Origin: an uncultured Thermoplasmata archaeon | Lineage (GTDB): Archaea > Thermoplasmatota > Thermoplasmata > RBG-16-68-12 | Direction of reading: 5' to 3' | DNA: 64,000 nt | Assembly (NCBI GenBank): GCA_963768855.1 | Contig: CAVYJM010000010.1 | Coordinates: 128,001-192,000, forward strand | Part shown: piece by piece, positions 58,956 to 64,000 of the stretch | Layout: each line of letters opens with the position of its first letter | Numbering within the stretch: position 1 is the first letter of the stretch | The notes under the pieces: generated by a model | Told to the model about the DNA's origin: nothing | Seen by the model: only the letters and a program-made list of their open reading frames with translations | The model's database searches: none | Translations under genes and position numbers: made by a program

Positions 58956-61634
58956 TCAGAGCTCGTCGTCCGGCTTGTCGGAAGAATCCTTGGCCTGCCC
59001 CTTGCCCTTGACGACTTCCGAAGCAGGCCGCTCAGCGGGGGGTGAGGTCTGGGTCCGCCGGCTCGTCAGAATTCTGTTGCCGGAGACATCGCGCCGAGTC
59101 AAGGCGGTCATCGGAGATCCGCATTGATGACAGACCTTCGCCGTCATGGAGTTGAGCATGCCGCACCGGGGACAAGGTTTCGATCCCTTCTTGCGCACCT
59201 CTTCCTCTTCGCGGAGCCAGTCCTCGAAGGTGAGGAACGTGGGCTGCTTCCGCCACCACCCCTTGAATTCCTGATCGGACAGGGGGCGGTTGTAGGTCTC
59301 CTCCAGTTCCTCCCGGAGTTTCTGGACGACCTCCTCGTACTGGAGGCGCATCTTTTCCTGGTAGTCTTCGATTCCGAGTCCGCCCGTCGTGAACTCCACG
59401 CCGCATTCCGGGCACTCCCGGATATCGACCGGAATCCAGGCTTGGCAGTTCGAGCACTTCGCCATGTCGTTCTCGAACTCCACGCCGCATTTGGGGCACC
59501 TCGTTGCGTCGACATGGATGAAGGCGCCGCACTCGCCGCATTCGACCATCTTGCCGAGACCGTAGACCTTGAAGTACAACGTCACTCCGATGACGATTGC
59601 CGCGGCCGTCGCAAGGATGATCAGGAACACCCACCAGGGGATTCCGAGGAAGGGCACGGGGGTGGTCAGGAAGGGCTTGGAGGTCTGCACCGCGATCGTG
59701 CGGCTGTCCGACTGGATGCCTGTCGGGGAGGGAGTCACGACGACCGTGTAGGAGCCATCCGGGGCGTTTCCGGGCACCGTGACCCTCCCGACGAAGAATC
59801 CGTTGGTCCCCGAGGTCGACCGGTTCGTCGCGAGGACTGTCGTGCCGGATCGCAGCTCGATGGTCAGGGTGACGCCGACGATTGGGTTCGTGTTCAGGTC
59901 GCGGACGTATCCGGTCACGCTCAGAGAGGTCCCCGGTTCGAGAGCCTGGCCGACGTCCGGCGTCAGAATCGCGACAAATCCCGTAGGGGGTGGCAGGACA
60001 TCGACCGTGAGGTTCGCGAAGTTGTTGCTCTCCTGCGCGACGGCGCCTTCGTTGATCGTGTTGTCCGGATCCACCACGAGCGCGAGCGTGTGCGTGCCCA
60101 GGGACGCGACCCCGGTGACGTTCACGGTCTCATTCAGGAACAGAGCCACCGTGAGGCCGTCGACGCGAGCCGCCTGGGCAGAACGGTTCCCATCGAGGAA
60201 AGCCGCGATTGACACGTTGGTGGCGTTCGTCTGGCCTTGGTTGTAGATCAGCACGTGGACCACGAAGGACTGGTTCTGGGTCACGCTGAGCGTCCCGGGA
60301 TAGTCGGACTGGAGGAGGACGAGGTCGGGCGGCGTCCGGACGTGGACGTTGCCGAGGACCAAGGTGACCCCCGCGTTATTGTCCTCCGAGGTGACGGCGG
60401 GGTACGGGTTGAAGGCCACTCCGCCAGACGCGTTCGAAGCGCCGTAGGCGACGGCGAGATGGTAATTCCCGAAGGAGTCCGCGTTCGGCAGGCTCGCACT
60501 CGTGATTTCGTCCGTGTAGAGCGGAATGACCGCCAAGCCGTTGAGATCCGTCCGGTTCCACGCGTTCGGACCGCTCGCAGTCCGACCGAGGTAGGAAAGC
60601 GTCGTCGCGCTCGGGATGGGGGAGAGGCCGTTGTCCGGGTACTGGGCCGTCGCCGCACTCGGACTCAGGGTGGACCAGATGGTCGCGCCGTCGACGGGGA
60701 ATCCGGTCGCGTCCACGACCTTCGCCCGGAGCCAACGCAGGATGTCGATGCGTCCGCCCGGGCTCGTCACGAACGCGGGCTTCCAGCTCGTCTCCACCGC
60801 GGGGTTCTGCGATGGGTCGATCGTGACGTTGTACAGGTACGCGGCCGATGTGTCGTCGACCTGGAGCTCGTTGTGTACACCCGAGAGGTTCGAGAAGTCC
60901 ACTCCGATGTACGAGTCGTACGCGTAGAGCGCGCTTCCCGCGCTCAGGCTGACGTTGCCTTCGACGATCCCCGAAGCGTTGCCTGAGTTCCGAGCGGTCC
61001 AGTTCTCATAGAGCTGCGTGATTTGAGAGCTGTAGACGCTCGCGGTCGTCGAGGCCCACGAGAGCACCGCGCTGTCGTTGTTGTCGTCCTGGTACACTCC
61101 CGTGCCTGCGAGCTCCGCATTCGTGAAACCTCCGATACGGGAGTCCGTGATGCTGATCGTCGCATCTGTCGCGTTGAACCAGCCGGGGAACTTGAGCATG
61201 GCGCCGTTCGTCATCATGAACCGGCTTCCTGCGCCGGTCACGTTCAGTGCGAGCTTCAGGTACGGGGCAATGGCACGGGTTTGCACGGTGACGTTGGAAT
61301 GATCGAGGACGAGTTCGCCGCCGCCGTTCACGGTGAGCGCATAGTCTACGTGTGAGGTGTCCTTGACGAAGCTCAGGCCCCCGTCGATGAGGGTGAGGCT
61401 GCCACCGGCGTTGATCGTCACGGATCCGTCGACGGTGTAGACAATCCCGCTGCAAGTCTGGGGAGTCGTGATCGTCCAGTTCGCGGCGATCAGGCTGCCG
61501 CCCTGGTCGCATGTGCTCGCGCGGACCGGGGTGTCGATCGTTACGAGGACGATCGACACACCGCCCATGACGAAGAGCCCTACCCAGAGGAGGCTGAGAG
61601 CCTTGCACCACCGAGTGCCGTTCCGGGGCCGCAT
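58956..61634 (-). CDS. Large membrane-anchored surface protein (beta-helix, CARDB/Ig-like, TM, three cytoplasmic zinc ribbons)
   Basis: N-terminal hydrophobic signal; N/T/S-rich body; VDPDNTINE CARDB-like motif; TM WWVFLIIL..; CGEC/CPKC, CSNC/CPEC, CPRC/CHQC. Confidence 0.85.
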   Translation of the reverse strand: MRPRNGTRWCKALSLLWVGLFVMGGVSIVLVTIDTPVRASTCDQGGSLIAANWTITTPQTCSGIVYTVDGSVTINAGGSLTLIDGGLSFVKDTSHVDYALTVNGGGELVLDHSNVTVQTRAIAPYLKLALNVTGAGSRFMMTNGAMLKFPGWFNATDATISITDSRIGGFTNAELAGTGVYQDDNNDSAVLSWASTTASVYSSQITQLYENWTARNSGNASGIVEGNVSLSAGSALYAYDSYIGVDFSNLSGVHNELQVDDTSAAYLYNVTIDPSQNPAVETSWKPAFVTSPGGRIDILRWLRAKVVDATGFPVDGATIWSTLSPSAATAQYPDNGLSPIPSATTLSYLGRTASGPNAWNRTDLNGLAVIPLYTDEITSASLPNADSFGNYHLAVAYGASNASGGVAFNPYPAVTSEDNNAGVTLVLGNVHVRTPPDLVLLQSDYPGTLSVTQNQSFVVHVLIYNQGQTNATNVSIAAFLDGNRSAQAARVDGLTVALFLNETVNVTGVASLGTHTLALVVDPDNTINEGAVAQESNNFANLTVDVLPPPTGFVAILTPDVGQALEPGTSLSVTGYVRDLNTNPIVGVTLTIELRSGTTVLATNRSTSGTNGFFVGRVTVPGNAPDGSYTVVVTPSPTGIQSDSRTIAVQTSKPFLTTPVPFLGIPWWVFLIILATAAAIVIGVTLYFKVYGLGKMVECGECGAFIHVDATRCPKCGVEFENDMAKCSNCQAWIPVDIRECPECGVEFTTGGLGIEDYQEKMRLQYEEVVQKLREELEETYNRPLSDQEFKGWWRKQPTFLTFEDWLREEEEVRKKGSKPCPRCGMLNSMTAKVCHQCGSPMTALTRRDVSGNRILTSRRTQTSPPAERPASEVVKGKGQAKDSSDKPDDEL

Positions 61635-61928
61635 CGGCCCTCCCGGACTCCGGTCGAAGGAAGCGGTTGGGAGGAGCATCGCTGCTCGGCGTCCGGTGGG
61701 CATTCGGAATCGATTTCGGATGGGTTCTTAAATACGTTCCCGAGCTGTTATCCGCCGCGATACATAGTATTATCACGCGAGAGAACGCCTCGGTTTCCTG
61801 GAAACAGATTTCCGCCCTTTGAGAGCTGGTGGGGAGCCTCTCGTCGCCGCGCCATTCCGTTGGAGGCGCCGTCGTCCGCGAGCTAAGTCGCGGGATCTCG
61901 GTTCATTAGGTATCGGTCTGTGGTAACC

Positions 61929-61971
61929 ACTGCGAACGCGTTATATATCGTCCGGCCGACTGCGAACGTGT
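61929..61971 (+). promoter_or_regulatory. Direct repeats ACTGCGAACG(C/T)GT flanking TATA box TTATATAT
   Basis: Copies start at 61929 and 61959 (30-bp period); TATA at 61941-61948. Confidence 0.5.
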
Positions 61972-61999
61972 CATCCCCGGTCCGGCCGGAGGGTCAGTC

Positions 62000-63628
62000 G
62001 TGAAGGTCATTCTCCGCGAACAGAAATCCGGTGTCGCGGAAGTCGTGGGGACGATCCTCATCCTCGGGATGACCGTCGCGCTGTTCTCCACGGTCATCAT
62101 GTGGGTCTCAAGCGTGCCCGCGCCGACCGCACAGACGCGGATCGACGTCGCGTCCGTCATGCAGCCGATCTACAGCGCCGCCGGTTTGGTGATCGGCGTG
62201 AACATCACGCTGACCCACCTGGGTGGGGAGGCCCTCCATCCCGTTCCGACGATCGTCTACGTGACCGACCAGCCCGGCTCCAACCCGCCGACGACGGACG
62301 TCGCCACCCTCCATCTCTTCAACGGGCGGCTCGCGAACCCGAGCGGCCTCCTCGACGGTTCGGACAGCGTGTGGAGCACGGGCGAGCGCTGGGCATACGA
62401 GAACTTTGCGTTCTCGCCATCCGACAGCATCACGGTCACAATCGTGGACACCACGAAGAGCCTGGTCGTGTGGTCGGGGCAGATGAGCCCGGCCGCAGGG
62501 GTCCGGCCCCCGGTCTTCGTGAGTGTGTGGGCGGACGGGACTCCAAGCACTCTCGTTCCCGACCCGGTTCAAGCCGGCTTGGGCTTCGCTCTCGACGCGC
62601 AGGTTATCGATCCGGACGGGGACCTGAACCCGAACTCCGTGTACGCGACGATGACCGTCTGGTATGGGTCCAGCACCGTGTGCCAGATGCCCCTCCAAAT
62701 GCGAGACGACGGCGTCTTCCCCGACCACATGCCGGGTGACGGGATCTTCGCCTTGGGCAGAAACGTCTGCATGAACGCCCCTTACCCGGCGTCAAGCTGG
62801 TCCGGATCCTTCATCCTCATCAACGCGACCGACTTGCGTGGCCACCAGACCACGACGCGTTTCGTCCTGAACGTCTTCTCCCAGGGCACGGGATCCGGCG
62901 GTGGCACCACGATTCCGAGCCAGCTGTGGCAGTACATCGGTTACGTCCAGATTCGCACCGGCGAGGTGTGGGTCTCGAACCTGAGCAACCCCTACACCAC
63001 GGCGAACACGTACCAACCGTACCGCGTTCCGAAGACCTGGTTGCAGAACGGAGCCCTGTTCCACTTCAGGATGGCGAACCACGGGAACACCACGATCTTC
63101 GTGGACGGTTGGACTGAGGCCTTCTTCCAGAACACCCAGTCCTCTGCCGGAATCGCGCTCTTCGTCGTGGCGCCCTGCAACCCCACGCCGGCCGCGGGTG
63201 CGGGCGGCGTCGTCGCATATCCGGGCAATCCCACGAACATCAACGACTTCGAATACGCGCATCCCGGGGTCCCTGCGTCGTGCAGCTCGACGATCGCTCC
63301 GGCGGTCTTTGACATCAATCCGTTCGACCAGCAGACCGGAGGCACCCCCTACGTGACCTTGATCTACAACAAGGTCGCCTTCGGGGCCGGGTCGACGTAC
63401 AACTGGCCTGCCTCGGCGACCTATTTCATCAGCATCCTGGTCTCGGGCATGGCGGGGCCCACCAACTACACCTATGCGCAGCTCGTCAGCGGCGGACCCA
63501 ACCCGAGCGGCTGCGCGGGACTCGGACCCAACTACAACCCCCACGATCACCTTCTGGACCCGAACCCGGCATGCAGGACGCAGTGGTACGCCCAGGTCAT
63601 CCCGTTCATCGGGATGGTTGTGTACTGA
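62000..63628 (+). CDS. Large type IV pilin-like adhesin (class III signal, DUF1628-type N-terminus)
   Basis: QKSG|VAEVVGTILIL, THLGGE motif, DDGVFPDHMPGDGIF (choice-of-anchor-X-like). Confidence 0.85.
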   Translation: MKVILREQKSGVAEVVGTILILGMTVALFSTVIMWVSSVPAPTAQTRIDVASVMQPIYSAAGLVIGVNITLTHLGGEALHPVPTIVYVTDQPGSNPPTTDVATLHLFNGRLANPSGLLDGSDSVWSTGERWAYENFAFSPSDSITVTIVDTTKSLVVWSGQMSPAAGVRPPVFVSVWADGTPSTLVPDPVQAGLGFALDAQVIDPDGDLNPNSVYATMTVWYGSSTVCQMPLQMRDDGVFPDHMPGDGIFALGRNVCMNAPYPASSWSGSFILINATDLRGHQTTTRFVLNVFSQGTGSGGGTTIPSQLWQYIGYVQIRTGEVWVSNLSNPYTTANTYQPYRVPKTWLQNGALFHFRMANHGNTTIFVDGWTEAFFQNTQSSAGIALFVVAPCNPTPAAGAGGVVAYPGNPTNINDFEYAHPGVPASCSSTIAPAVFDINPFDQQTGGTPYVTLIYNKVAFGAGSTYNWPASATYFISILVSGMAGPTNYTYAQLVSGGPNPSGCAGLGPNYNPHDHLLDPNPACRTQWYAQVIPFIGMVVY

Positions 63629-63734
63629 GTCACCATGCACGAGGATGGGCCCTTCGATTTCCTCGCCGCGGGCCTTGACGCTGACATCGAATTCGATTAG
63701 ACCGCATCGTGTCAAAATCTGTTCCACTAAGGTT

Positions 63735-64000
63735 TTGGTAGACAACGTCCACCTGGAAGACGTGCTGCGCCCTGCGAATCAGCACGAGACCGCCGCGTTC
63801 TTCCTCGTCGAGCGGACGTTACGTCGAACGAGACCCCTTCTGGGCACTCGCGGACTCCGAGCCGCGGTCGTGGAGGAAGGAACGATCGAGCGCAGCTCGC
63901 TCGGACGGCTGCGGCTCCGCTTCAACGGCAACGATTCCGATGACGAGCCCGACAACCGGGTGACGACCCGCCCGTTGTCGGACGAAGAGGCAGCGTGGTG
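63735..64000 (+). CDS. Possible ORF, partial at the window edge
   Basis: Open frame from TTG 63735 or GTG 63762 to the end; no recognisable motif. Confidence 0.25.
   Translation, partial: MVDNVHLEDVLRPANQHETAAFFLVERTLRRTRPLLGTRGLRAAVVEEGTIERSSLGRLRLRFNGNDSDDEPDNRVTTRPLSDEEAAW

Noticed and set aside
356-62728. Many long antisense or off-frame ORFs in the track (e.g. 831-3176 +, 8709-10424 +, 10790-13471 -, 33751-35703 -, 43142-45760 +)
   Set aside because: Shadow frames of well-supported genes in high-GC DNA; Arg/Pro/Gly-rich with no motifs
58419-64000. Integrative element or prophage at tRNA-Thr
   Set aside because: No integrase, replication or virion genes and no long att repeat in the window
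1-64000. CRISPR array, rRNA, IS elements, inteins, Sec/Pyl recoding
   Set aside because: No regularly spaced repeats, transposase motifs, intein-sized insertions or in-frame stops seen on manual reading

Overview
High-GC archaeal chromosome segment, most consistent with Thermoplasmatota: aIF2-beta-TRAM, L15e, PolB, thermosome plus DnaK/DnaJ/GrpE, CDC48, phosphopantothenate synthetase, TrpB2 and a class III pilin. Placement in a soil/sediment Thermoplasmata lineage is inference. It holds about 60 genes, tRNA-Leu(CAG) and tRNA-Thr(GGT). I found no CRISPR array, rRNA, integrase or transposase. Most long ORFs in the supplied track are antisense or off-frame GC shadows. Several probably real genes are absent from the track: a presenilin-like protease at the left edge and small ORFs at 13402-13563, 36824-36985 and 42982-43155. 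Best second-look items: (1) a multi-helix ~104-nt leader abutting the RBS of a HemL-like aminotransferase; (2) an operon of octapeptide-repeat/zinc-ribbon protein, NfeD, flotillin and a 57-aa ORF; (3) a divergent wHTH regulator and bactofilin-like protein that each carry a SHOCT-like motif; (4) a bacterial-type treS-maltokinase fusion preceded by an eroded glgE 3' end; (5) a CTG-start zinc-finger ORF coupled to polB; (6) a ThiI homolog lacking its PP-loop; (7) a YqgF-like nuclease; (8) two glutamine synthetases flanking a His-repeat membrane protein; (9) a surface-protein/pilin locus with a direct-repeat operator. All family assignments come from motif recognition; no database search or folding program was run.
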